A stretch of 48,677 nucleotides of DNA from Nitrospirota bacterium (GTDB lineage: Bacteria > Nitrospirota > UBA9217). Of the stretch, positions 9,817-19,132 are shown in pieces. The notes under the pieces were generated by a model. It did no database searches. It saw only the letters and a program-made list of their open reading frames with translations, and was not told the DNA's origin. The DNA is taken from the NCBI GenBank assembly GCA_963749655.1, contig CAVVOB010000034.1:1-48677 (forward strand), written 5' to 3'. The number at the start of each line of letters is the position of its first letter. Position 1 is the first letter of the stretch. The position numbers and the translations under genes were made by a program.

Positions 9817-10890
9817 CTAGTCCTGGTGAGAATCATAGATCTCTGCGAAGACCGGCGCAATGTCCTTAAAGGCGTTCAGGACCGCGGGGTCGAAATGCTC
9901 CGGCATGGTCCTTCCGTCGCCTTCGAGGATGATCGAGCAGGTCTTTTCATGATCAAAGGCGGGCTTGTACGGCCTCTTGCTCCGCAGCGCGTCATACTGG
10001 TCGACGAGCATCACGATCCGTCCTGCGATGGGAATGTCCTCGCCCTGCAGCCCGCGCGGATACCCCTTGCCGTCCCAGCGCTCGTGGTGGCTCAGGGCGA
10101 TCAATGCGGCCACCTGAATGCCGGGATAGGAGGAGCCGACAAGCATGTTTTCTCCGATGGTGGTGTGGGTCTTCATGACTTCGAACTCCTCGCGCGAGAG
10201 GGAGCCCGGCTTGAGCAGGATGCTGTCGGGGATGCCGATCTTGCCCAGATCATGCATGGGGCTGGCGAACGTGAGCGTCTCGATGAACTCGGAATCCATG
10301 TTCAAAGCCTGGGCGAGCCGGCTTGAGTACATACCGATCCTGGCGATGTGAGCCCCCGTGTCCGTATCGCGGTATTCGGCAACGGCCGTCAGGCGCTGGA
10401 TGATCTCGGTGCTCATGTTCTTCACCATCATGAGGGCGTCCGCCAGTTCCTGGGTCCGCAGTCTCACGGTGTCCTCCAGCATGGCCTTGTAGTTCTTCTC
10501 CATCTGGACGAACCGCGTATACTTGACCGCCTTCTCCACGGAATGGATCAAATAGTCCGGATTGTAGGGCTTCGTGATGAAGTCGAAGGCGCCCCGTTTG
10601 ATGGCGTCGACCGCGACATCGAGTTCGGCGAATGCCGTCATGAGGATGACCGGTATCTGCTGGCTGTAGGAATGGATATTCTGGAGGAGATCGATGCCGG
10701 TCACCTGGGGCATCTTGATGTCCGTCAGAACGACGTCGAAGCACACTTTTTCGACCATATTCATGGCATCGTTCGCGTTCTGGCAGGTGAAGACGGCATA
10801 GCCGTATTCCTTGAGCAGCGTCGATATCGATTCGAGGACGTAGGGATCGTCGTCGACGATCAGAAGGGTGCTTTTCCCCTTGTCGTTCAT
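9817..10890 (-). CDS. Response regulator with HD-GYP c-di-GMP phosphodiesterase domain (RpfG-like)
   Basis: REC domain plus [42 protein letters not shown]. Confidence 0.93.
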   Translation of the reverse strand: MNDKGKSTLLIVDDDPYVLESISTLLKEYGYAVFTCQNANDAMNMVEKVCFDVVLTDIKMPQVTGIDLLQNIHSYSQQIPVILMTAFAELDVAVDAIKRGAFDFITKPYNPDYLIHSVEKAVKYTRFVQMEKNYKAMLEDTVRLRTQELADALMMVKNMSTEIIQRLTAVAEYRDTDTGAHIARIGMYSSRLAQALNMDSEFIETLTFASPMHDLGKIGIPDSILLKPGSLSREEFEVMKTHTTIGENMLVGSSYPGIQVAALIALSHHERWDGKGYPRGLQGEDIPIAGRIVMLVDQYDALRSKRPYKPAFDHEKTCSIILEGDGRTMPEHFDPAVLNAFKDIAPVFAEIYDSHQD

Positions 10891-11169
10891 GTATCCAGAA
10901 CCTCCCTGATTTTTTTCAGGAGTGCTGCGGGCGAGACCGGCTTCGGGAGAATAGTCATGCCCTTTCTTACAGAATTCCCTGCCTCGCGAAGGTCGCAGCG
11001 TTATAGCCGCTCATGAACTTCTCTCCCGTCCATTTTCGGCATTATGACGTTGAGCAGGAAAAGATGAACGGGGTTGGTGCATTCAAGGAGCCTTCGCACT
11101 GCAGCTTCCCCGTCTCCAGCTTCCACTATAGTATACCCGAAATCCTCCAGAAACGTTCTGGTAAGATAG
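10887..11169 (-). pseudogene. Degenerate receiver-domain remnant (C-terminus of a lost hybrid kinase or regulator)
   Basis: Hand translation gives YLTRTFLEDFGYTIVEAGDGEAAV...[20 protein letters not shown]...[21 protein letters not shown]. There is an in-frame TAA at 11001-11003, and the final stop overlaps the HD-GYP ATG. Confidence 0.75.
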
Positions 11170-11831
11170 GTCCAAGATCCGCAATCACGCCTGACTTCCC
11201 GGTCACCTGACCGAGGGCTATCCTCTGTAATGAAGATCGTTTCCGAACCGTCGCGGTGTAAGGGAGACTGTCCTGTTTTTTTCTTGATAACCGACGGACT
11301 TGACAGCGGCAGCAGGCAATGCGTGTCGTGCCCAGGCAGGGTGTGCTCTGAATGACGACGAATCCGCTGCGGGATTTAACAATGCCGTAAAAGATGAAGA
11401 GTACGATGGGAGTAAGTTTTTTTAAGTAAACAGAAGCCATGAAATTCTTCCCCTCGCGTAAAACCTGACGAGGAACGTCAATTATTTCAGGTGTGACCGG
11501 AAACATGGCGTGAACAAAATTATACCCGCCGGATAATTGATTGAAATAGCGAACATTTTTGTGCCTGCAGGCGCGGCAGCACGGTATTTTCCACAATGGC
11601 TATTGATTATCTTATCGGATAGGAACCTGATATCTTTAATGACGGGGCAGCTAAGGCACGGAAGCAGGGGCTGTCGGAATTGTCTGAGCAGCCGCCGGAT
11701 AGCAGGGCGCCGATGTCCTTTGGCGGCCGCAGCGCCGCCGTGAGCAGCGGCGTGGGTGCACAGATGCGTCCTCCACTGCCTATTCGCACCGGCAGGAATG
11801 TGGCGCCGTTCAAGGTTGAGTGACTAATCCG

Positions 11832-13553
11832 TTATCTGATGTATGCTTCCGTCACATATCGCCGCATCATGCGGTGGCTGTTGAAGTAGTAGGCGTTCTT
11901 GCTGATGGCATTGTTCATCATCCGGCTCCACTTGCTTTTGTCCGGATCGTAGTATTTGGGAATGATGAGCTCTTCCAGCTTTTTATAGAGATCCGTTGCA
12001 TCTTCGGCATCCGACATTGCGCCCGGCTGCACCGTTTCCGTTGGCATGGCGCCGATGGACCACCCTGTAAAGCCCTCGATGTGTCCTTCTATCCACCAGC
12101 CGTCGAGCACGCTGAAGTTCACGACACCATTATGAGACGCTTTCATGCCGCTCGTTCCCGACGCTTCCAGGGGCCGGAGCGGCGTGTTGAGCCATACGTC
12201 CACGCCCGATACGAGCTTGAGCGCGATGTCCATGTCGTATCCTGGCAGGAAGGCGATCGAGATCCTTCCCTTGAGCTTTTCCCGGTACTCATAGATGCCC
12301 TGGATCAATCTTTTCCCGTTGTCGTCGTGGGGATGGGCCTTACCGGCGTAGATGATCTGGAGCTTGCCCTTGTCGCTGATCTTGAGCAGCCGGTCTACAT
12401 CATGGAACAGCAGGTGCGGCCTTTTATATGCCGTTGCGCGACGGGCAAAACCGAGGGTGAGCAGATTGGGGTCCATGATGATGCCGGTCGTCTGGCCTAC
12501 GTAGGTGAGCAGCTTCCTTTTCGCTTCCCGGTGCGCTTCCCAGAGCTCAAGCTCGGGGATGTTCCCCGACCGTACGAACAGCTCGGGCTCGTTGGCCCAG
12601 CCGGGTATGTACTTGTCGAACAGCTTCGCCATGTCCTCGCAGGTCCACGTGAAGGTATGCACGCCGTTCGTAATGGCATGGATGTGATAACCGGGGAACA
12701 TGTGCTGCGACACTTCGCCGTGCTTCTTCGCAACGCCGTTGACGTATTTACTCAGGTTGAGCGCCAGCATCGTCATGTTCAGGTTGTCCTTGCCGGCGAT
12801 GTCCCTGAGCGTATCGGCGGGGATGATGTCGCCGAGCACCTGTTTTACAAGCGGGTAGGGGAACTTGTCATGCCCCGCCTCGACCGGCGTATGCGTGGTG
12901 AACACGCAGAGGTCCCGGACCCGAGCGATGTCCCATACCGACTTTTCATCCCAGACGCTTTCGATGTCCCGTTTGAACCGCAGGAGAAGTTCGAGGGCGA
13001 GGAAGCTGGCGTGGCCTTCGTTCATATGATACTTCTTGATATGGAAGTCGAGGGCCTGGAGAATCCGGACACCGCCCATGCCCAGCACCACTTCCTGCTT
13101 GATACGGTAGTTGCTGTCCCCGCCGTAGAGATGGTCGGTGATGCTCCGGTCCTGCGGGGCGTTCTCGGGAAGGTCGGTGTCCAGGAAGAGGATGGGCACC
13201 TTGCCTCCGGTAGGGCTGATGACCGTGTACATCCATGCCTGGATGGCGACGTCGCGGCCCTCGATATGCACCCGCGCCTTCGGGGGCAGGAGCGTCAGGT
13301 GCCGGGAGGGGTCCCAGGACACCGGCTGTTCCCTCTGCCAGCCGCTCTGATCGATCTCCTGGGAAAAGTATCCCTTGCGGGTTATGAGCGTGACGGCGAC
13401 GAGCGGCAGCTTCAGGTCGGCCGCGGACTTGATCGTGTCGCCCGCCAGGATCCCGAGGCCTCCGCTATACGTGGGGATGTCGTTCTTTACGCCGATCTCC
13501 ATGGAAAAATAGGCGATCATGGGCTCGGCCGTAAATTCATGCAGGCTGTTCAT
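11832..13553 (-). CDS. glgP: Alpha-glucan (glycogen/maltodextrin) phosphorylase
   Basis: AYFSMEIG, YSGGLGILAGD, HMNEGH, FTTHTP, FARRATAYKR, and the PLP-site EASGTSGMK; GAGGAGG RBS before ATG 13553. Confidence 0.95.
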   Translation of the reverse strand: MNSLHEFTAEPMIAYFSMEIGVKNDIPTYSGGLGILAGDTIKSAADLKLPLVAVTLITRKGYFSQEIDQSGWQREQPVSWDPSRHLTLLPPKARVHIEGRDVAIQAWMYTVISPTGGKVPILFLDTDLPENAPQDRSITDHLYGGDSNYRIKQEVVLGMGGVRILQALDFHIKKYHMNEGHASFLALELLLRFKRDIESVWDEKSVWDIARVRDLCVFTTHTPVEAGHDKFPYPLVKQVLGDIIPADTLRDIAGKDNLNMTMLALNLSKYVNGVAKKHGEVSQHMFPGYHIHAITNGVHTFTWTCEDMAKLFDKYIPGWANEPELFVRSGNIPELELWEAHREAKRKLLTYVGQTTGIIMDPNLLTLGFARRATAYKRPHLLFHDVDRLLKISDKGKLQIIYAGKAHPHDDNGKRLIQGIYEYREKLKGRISIAFLPGYDMDIALKLVSGVDVWLNTPLRPLEASGTSGMKASHNGVVNFSVLDGWWIEGHIEGFTGWSIGAMPTETVQPGAMSDAEDATDLYKKLEELIIPKYYDPDKSKWSRMMNNAISKNAYYFNSHRMMRRYVTEAYIR

Positions 13554-13738
13554 GTTCCTCCTCAAGGGAAGATCGGGGCTCCCGATCCTGCGACGTTGTA
13601 CGTAAAAGATAACAAAAAGGACGGCACATTTCAACTGTACCGGTGTTGTTCATTTTTCGAATGATTGTATCGAAACGATGAAGGTGTCCTCAGGAAGGTC
13701 CGCGTGAACTTCGTCTGTTCCCGCGGAGATGCCGTCCG

Positions 13739-14524
13739 TCACTCCATCCTGATCCGCTTCGGCCAGGTATAGATGTTCATACGATCGCCTCGTGCGAACC
13801 CGATGAGCGTGATCCCCATGTCCTCGGCGTAGCTGATCGCCATGCAGGATGGCGCCGCCCGGCTGATCAGGACGGGAAAGCGGTTTCTTCCTGCCTTGGT
13901 CATGATCTCCGAGGTCACTCTCCCGCTCGTGAGCAGTATCTTGTTTTCGACCGGGACCGACTGCAAAAACGCTTTGCCGATGAGCTTATCCACGGCATTG
14001 TGCCTGCCGATGTCCTCGGAAAAGAACAGGATGTCCTTGCCGTCGGAGAGGGCCGCGCTGTGGACACCGCCCGTTTCCAGGTAGAGGGTTGATATCGTTC
14101 TGAAGGTCTTGAGCAGGCTCCTGATGTCGTCGAGGCCCATCAGCGGTCCCCTGACATCGATCCTGCTGTCGGAATAGAGGCGGTAATTGGTAAAGGTTAC
14201 GCCTTTGCCGCATCCCGAGGAAATGGTCCTCTTTTCGAACAGCTTTGAAAAATCCGGAGGAAGACCGCTCAGCTCAATGTAGACCGCTGCTTCCCGTTCA
14301 TTCACATCGAGTCTATTGATCGATGATCTGTCCCTAAGCAGTCCTTCGGAAAGGAGGAACCCCACGGCCAGTTCTTTAAGCTCGGAAGGAGTGCACAGAA
14401 GCGTCACCAGGGGCTCGTTGTTCAAAACAAGCCTGATGGGCAGCTCTGACGCAACTTCGTCAATGATACCTTCGACCGCTGATCCGGCGATTTTGAGGAT
14501 GGGAGCGTCTCTCTTGGTATCCAC
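13739..14524 (-). CDS. fdhD: Formate dehydrogenase accessory sulfurtransferase FdhD
   Basis: ELAVGFLLSEG, SSGCG, TGGVHSAAL, EDIGRHNAVDKLIG, LIGFAR. The GTG at 14524 fits the promoter position. Confidence 0.93.
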   Translation of the reverse strand: MDTKRDAPILKIAGSAVEGIIDEVASELPIRLVLNNEPLVTLLCTPSELKELAVGFLLSEGLLRDRSSINRLDVNEREAAVYIELSGLPPDFSKLFEKRTISSGCGKGVTFTNYRLYSDSRIDVRGPLMGLDDIRSLLKTFRTISTLYLETGGVHSAALSDGKDILFFSEDIGRHNAVDKLIGKAFLQSVPVENKILLTSGRVTSEIMTKAGRNRFPVLISRAAPSCMAISYAEDMGITLIGFARGDRMNIYTWPKRIRME

Positions 14525-14530
14525 GAAGGG

Positions 14531-14559
14531 AATATAACACACTGGACCGCGTCGGGCAA
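14531..14559 (-). promoter_or_regulatory. Sigma-70 promoter of fdhD (leaderless candidate)
   Basis: TTGCCC-N17-TATATT with extended TG; the predicted +1 is the G of GTG 14524. Confidence 0.55.
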
Positions 14560-14572
14560 GGAAAAGGGGACG

Positions 14573-14603
14573 AAAAAGCCCCCGGAAACGCGGTCCGGGG
14601 GCT
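14573..14603 (-). terminator. Rho-independent terminator of the outer-membrane barrel gene
   Basis: 10-bp stem AGCCCCCGGA/TCCGGGGGCT followed by a T-run on the minus strand. Confidence 0.8.
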
Positions 14604-14638
14604 GTAATAAATCTTGAGTACCGCTGCCGCGGAGTCGT

Positions 14639-15418
14639 CTAGAAGCTTACTCCAACCTCGGCAAAGGGGCCGCTGAACTTGATGTCCGTTTTCACATCGC
14701 TCTGATCGATCTTGACTTCCTCGGCGCGGTATCCGCCGGCGATGTACAGCACCGGGATTGGGCTTATTTTCAACCTGCCGATGTAATCATAATAGTGGTT
14801 CTCGCCGTAGGCGATCCCTCTTATTTCGGCTTCGATGCTGAACAGATCGATGGGCTTCAACTGCACGCCGGCGTAGATCATGGGGACAAATAACGTGAGC
14901 TTCTTGGCAGCAGAATAGCCCAGGGTATCCTGGCTGATCGTTCCATCAAAATTGATCATCCTGGCATTCAGTCCCAATTCGACATTCAGAATCCCCGCTG
15001 TCGCCGTTTTCAGCAGCGGGATGGGATAGAACAGAGCAAGATCATAATGGTCGAGGGTAAGTTTGGTCTGCACCGGGACGCCAGCTGTGAAGGTCTGTCC
15101 GCCGTACGTAATGCTTCTGGTGATCGGTCCCGAACCTTCGAACGACATGGGCGTTGCCATGAAGTAGAGGTTGGGGAGAATCAGCGGAAGTTCTGCCTTC
15201 ACGCGTACGAAGGGCTTTCCCTCGTCGCTAAGGTGCATGTCGTTCTTGAGGTCGAGCTGGTCAGACGCGGTGAGCGGTTTGTATGCCAGGGTGCCGGACG
15301 GCGTCTGCTGCCAATAGCCGACGCCCGCATCGAGGCCGATGAATGCAAAGGCACTGTATGGTACAAGGGTCATTGCGAGGGCAATCAGGAAAACTAGAAC
15401 ATTCTGCGGTCGTTTCAT
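14639..15418 (-). CDS. Outer-membrane beta-barrel protein, TIGR04219-like
   Basis: Signal peptide; GVGYWQQTPSG, LPLILPN, DLALFY, VELGLNAR, GGYR; terminal GPFAEVGVSF. Confidence 0.75.
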   Translation of the reverse strand: MKRPQNVLVFLIALAMTLVPYSAFAFIGLDAGVGYWQQTPSGTLAYKPLTASDQLDLKNDMHLSDEGKPFVRVKAELPLILPNLYFMATPMSFEGSGPITRSITYGGQTFTAGVPVQTKLTLDHYDLALFYPIPLLKTATAGILNVELGLNARMINFDGTISQDTLGYSAAKKLTLFVPMIYAGVQLKPIDLFSIEAEIRGIAYGENHYYDYIGRLKISPIPVLYIAGGYRAEEVKIDQSDVKTDIKFSGPFAEVGVSF

Positions 15419-15537
15419 GGCTCTGTCTCCTCTTTTTCGTGAAATAGGTCTGATGCTGCAAACCGATGGTTAGTGGTGTAAAACTAACAAAGGCGGTGGA
15501 CTTTGTCAAGCTTATTGTATTTTGAGGAAGATTGCTC

Positions 15538-15585
15538 TTGACAGGCACGATTCCACTGTGTTACGTTTTTGCCACTCGGTAGCAC
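15538..15585 (+). promoter_or_regulatory. nikR promoter with overlapping NikR operator
   Basis: TTGACA at 15538; inverted repeat GTGTTAC-N14-GTAGCAC (15558-15585) covers the -10 region. Confidence 0.75.
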
Positions 15586-15598
15586 GGAGGTTTGTTCC

Positions 15599-16018
15599 AT
15601 GTCCACCATCACGCGCTTCGGCGTTTCCATCGACAGTCAGTTGATCAGAAAATTTGACGTACGCATCGCCCGCAAGGGGTACACGACCCGGTCCGAGGCC
15701 ATCCGGGACATGATCCGGGACAGTCTGGTCGAAGAGGAATGGGAAGCGGAAAGCAGGGAAACGGTCGGCACCATCACGATCGTGTACAACCATCATACGC
15801 GCGAACTGGAACACGCGCTCACGGACATGCAGCACAAGTCCTACCACCAGATCATTTCCGCGCTCCATGTCCATCTTGACGCCCATAACTGCCTCGAGGT
15901 GCTCGTGGTAAAGGGGATCAGCAGCGAAATCAAGAAAATTGCAGACCGGCTCATCGGAACGCGGGGCGTGAAACACGGTAAACTTACCATGACAACGACG
16001 GGAAAGGAACTGGCATGA
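15599..16018 (+). CDS. nikR: Nickel-responsive regulator NikR
   Basis: RHH domain RFGVSID...[14 protein letters not shown]; Ni-site residues in [17 protein letters not shown]; GVKHGKL. Confidence 0.96.
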   Translation: MSTITRFGVSIDSQLIRKFDVRIARKGYTTRSEAIRDMIRDSLVEEEWEAESRETVGTITIVYNHHTRELEHALTDMQHKSYHQIISALHVHLDAHNCLEVLVVKGISSEIKKIADRLIGTRGVKHGKLTMTTTGKELA

Positions 16019-16081
16019 AGAAAGTGACGATGCCATGCGCTTGCCCGTCGAGGTCGTGATCGGATCAAGGGAGAATTTTTT

Positions 16082-16868
16082 ATGCGGATCATGCTGCGTT
16101 TTTTTGCCGTCGTTTTTATTCTGCTCGCGCCGCTGCGGGCATGGGCCGTGCATCCCCTGCAGGTGGATGAAACCAATACCCAGGGGAAAGGCAACTTTGT
16201 TCTTGAATTGAACGGTGATTACAGCAAGGCTAAAAATGGCGGATTCAAAACGGATGCGGTCACCGGCGTTATGACTGTGGGAGCGAGCGATCACACCGAC
16301 TTTACTCTCGAGTATCCCCTATGTCATGCTGGATCCCAGCCCCACAACGGGTATCTACGAGCAGGGAGGGGGAGATCTCCGGATGGCGTTGAAATACCGC
16401 CTCTTCGAAAACGAGGTGAAGCAGTCCATGGGGTTCAGGATTTACAGCGGGATTCCCACCGGCGATGCTAATAAGAACCTGGGCGTAGACCATTATGTAA
16501 TCGGATTCGAGCTCATGGATCAGCAGGAATGCGGGAACAACATTTTTCATGCGAGCGTGGGGTACGAATCGATCGACAGGGACCTGTCCAAATTCCATTT
16601 TTTCAATGATTATGCCTTCCGATTCGGACTTGCGGCAGAGCATAAAATAACCGAATCGTTCCGGTTCCTCATGGAAGTGGCGGGAGAAAACCGGAGGCAG
16701 ACGGACGAAGTTACGGGCGGGCGCTTCTATTCGCTGCCCGTGACCGCTCTCGTTGGATTCACCTATGACATCTCCCGGTCCTGGTATGTGGACCTTGCAG
16801 GCCGCAAGGGCCTGAACAAATACGCCGAAGATTATGCAGCGCTCTCAGGAATTGCCTGGAGATTCTGA
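16082..16868 (+). CDS. Outer-membrane beta-barrel 'transporter' paralog 1 (frameshift ~16316)
   Basis: Signal peptide AWA|VHPLQVDETNTQGKG; alternating beta strands; IPTGD..K.LG motif; terminal WRF. Confidence 0.75.
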
Positions 16869-17103
16869 CCATTCGAACATTGCGGCGATGGCGTGCGTCC
16901 CGGCAGCTGCGAGGGGCGCAATCGCTGTCTCCCGTTCCACGATCAGCGGCAGGCTGGCGAGCATTCGCGAACTCAAATCAAAGTTCATCCGAGGTTCCCC
17001 CTCCCTGAAAACGACAAGTCTTGCTCTTTCTGCTGCAGTTCAGACAACTCGTTCCTGTCCCGAACATACGTGCCGTCATGCCGGGAAAAGCGGCACTTTT
17101 GCC

Positions 17104-17148
17104 TTGACAGTCCATATTTCGTGTGCTACAAAATATAAAATCGTGGCA
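17104..17148 (+). promoter_or_regulatory. Promoter plus NikR operator for the barrel-2/nikMNQO operon
   Basis: TTGACA-N17-TACAAA with extended TG; GTGCTAC-N12-GTGGCAC (17123-17148) overlaps the -10. Confidence 0.7.
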
Positions 17149-17239
17149 CTTGTCGGATCCTATAGTCCTTTTCTCCGATGTCCTCGAGCGGCAGGCGGTT
17201 TTCCCGGATAAATCAGCGGAACCTTCAGGCGGAGAAAGA

Positions 17240-18016
17240 ATGAAACAAATTCTCAACAACCTTGTGTTCTGCATGGTTCTCGTGCTGCCCGGTGCCTCCT
17301 GGGCAGCGCACCCGCTTATCACCGATGATTCCGGCACCCAGGGAAAGGGAAAGTTCCAGATCGAGGTAACGGGAGAATATGATTACGACAAAGAGACCAT
17401 AGAAGGCGTCACCACAAAGCAAACGAACGAGCAGGCGGCCGCATCGCTGTCCTACGGTGTCGTCGACAGTACTGATGTGGTTCTGAGTCTGCCCTACGTA
17501 TGGGGGACGGTCACTGAAAACGGGACGAAGGTTTACGACGAAGAGGGCATCTCGGACTCAACGCTCGAGGTGAAATGGAGATTTTTCGATAAAGACGGGC
17601 TCAGCTTTGCCGTGAAGCCAGGCGTGGTTTTCCCGACGGGCGATAAGAATAAAGGACTCGGTTCCGGTGAGGTCGGCTACCATCTGTTTCTTATCGGTTC
17701 GCGGGAAGCCGCACCCTGGGCGTTCCACGCGAATGTCGGCTTCATCCGGAACGAAAACGGGTTCGACGAGGAAAAAAACCTTTGGCATGCATCGCTGGCG
17801 GCGACGTATGACGCCCTGGAACGGCTAAAGCTTGCAGGCAACATCGGAGCTGAAAAAAATCCGGTCAAAGGGGCTGACAATGACCCGGCGTTCGCCCTGG
17901 CCGGTGTAATCTATTCCCTGAATGATCAGATCGACGTCGATTTCGGAGTCAAGTCCGCACTTACGTCGTCGGAGACCGATCTTTCCCTGATGGCAGGTAC
18001 GACGATCAGATTTTAG
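17240..18016 (+). CDS. Outer-membrane beta-barrel 'transporter' paralog 2
   Basis: Signal peptide SWA|AHPLITDDSGTQGKGKFQIE; FPTGDKNKGLG; terminal IRF; clearly paralogous to the 16082 gene. Confidence 0.8.
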   Translation: MKQILNNLVFCMVLVLPGASWAAHPLITDDSGTQGKGKFQIEVTGEYDYDKETIEGVTTKQTNEQAAASLSYGVVDSTDVVLSLPYVWGTVTENGTKVYDEEGISDSTLEVKWRFFDKDGLSFAVKPGVVFPTGDKNKGLGSGEVGYHLFLIGSREAAPWAFHANVGFIRNENGFDEEKNLWHASLAATYDALERLKLAGNIGAEKNPVKGADNDPAFALAGVIYSLNDQIDVDFGVKSALTSSETDLSLMAGTTIRF

Positions 18017-18059
18017 GGTAGGCTCGCAGTTCTCTCTTCGTCCATGAAAGCGGATAGGC

Positions 18060-18728
18060 ATGCATATTCCTGATGGATATCTCGGCCCGACCACCTACGG
18101 CGCCATGTTTGCCGCGACGATCCCTTTTTGGGCCGTGGCATCGTGGAAATTGAACAGGACCCTGAAAGCCAGGCAGGCGCCCTATCTTGCCATCGGCGCC
18201 GCCTTTACCTTCGTCATCATGATGTTCAATATCCCGATCATCGGCGGGACAACGGGCCATGCAACCGGCGCAGCGCTCCTGGCTATTCTGCTCGGACCGT
18301 GGGCGGCCGTGATCGCGATATCTGCGGCGCTTATCATTCAGGCGCTGCTTTTCGGCGACGGGGGCATCACGGCCATCGGAGCAAACTGCTTTAACATGGC
18401 CGTAGCCGGAGTTTTCGTCGGATACGGCGTGTATCGCCTCCTGAGCGCAGGGTCGGAGCGGACAAGCCGCAGGCGCGTGCTGGCGGGAGCGGTATCCGCT
18501 TACGTGAGCCTGAATGCCTCAGCGGCTCTCACGGGAGTCCAATTGGGATTGCAGCCGGTGCTTGAGCGCTCCCCGGCAGGGCAGCCCCTCTATGCACCCT
18601 TTCCACTCTCGATCGCATTACCGGCAATGGCACTTGAACATTTGCTTCTCTTCGGCTTCGTGGAAGCGGCGGTAACTGCGCTGGTCATACGGTATTTTCA
18701 AAAGAATGATCCCGCTATGCTGGGATGA
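18060..18728 (+). CDS. nikM: ECF-type Ni/Co transporter substrate-binding component NikM/CbiM
   Basis: N-terminal MHIPDGYL, GGTTGH, QALLFGDGG. Confidence 0.92.
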   Translation: MHIPDGYLGPTTYGAMFAATIPFWAVASWKLNRTLKARQAPYLAIGAAFTFVIMMFNIPIIGGTTGHATGAALLAILLGPWAAVIAISAALIIQALLFGDGGITAIGANCFNMAVAGVFVGYGVYRLLSAGSERTSRRRVLAGAVSAYVSLNASAALTGVQLGLQPVLERSPAGQPLYAPFPLSIALPAMALEHLLLFGFVEAAVTALVIRYFQKNDPAMLG

Positions 18729-19114
18729 TCGAGCAATCAATGAAGAATGAATCCCAAAAAGGAAAAAGTATTCCGACAAAGAAGTTGTGGCTCGCTATCA
18801 GCATACTCGCACTCCTCTCGCCCCTGGGCCTGCTTCTTCCCACGCTTCTCGGTGCAAAGGGCGCATGGGGGGAATGGGGACTTGATCAAATCGAGAAGAT
18901 GGCCGGCTTCGTACCCGAAGGGATGAAACGCCTGGCCGGAAAATGGAATGCGCCGATGACCAATTATGCCGTCCCCGGTCAAGGGGAAGGGTTGCTGCAC
19001 GGAGGACTCGGCTATTTCCTGACCGCTATCATCGGTATCGTCGCAACAGCCGGTCTGGTATACCTGCTCGCGAGACTGCTGACCCGGAGGGACGGTTCTC
19101 CGGAAGATCGGTAA
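18725..19114 (+). CDS. nikN: NikN-like (PDGLE-type) membrane component
   Basis: Two TM helices flanking AWGEWG and WNAPMTNY; lies between nikM and nikQ. Confidence 0.75.
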   Translation: MIEQSMKNESQKGKSIPTKKLWLAISILALLSPLGLLLPTLLGAKGAWGEWGLDQIEKMAGFVPEGMKRLAGKWNAPMTNYAVPGQGEGLLHGGLGYFLTAIIGIVATAGLVYLLARLLTRRDGSPEDR

Positions 19115-19132
19115 CGGTTGTTTTGGTGATGA

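Noticed and set aside
11170-11830. c-di-GMP riboswitch or sigma-54 promoter upstream of the HD-GYP gene; ORF 11126..11596
   Set aside because: No GEMM core motifs were found, the GGCAC...TTGC spacing is wrong for -24/-12, and the ORF has no recognisable features.
16870-17240. Cobalamin or NiCo riboswitch before the ECF operon
   Set aside because: No B12-box or NiCo consensus was recognisable, and a NikR box explains the regulation.
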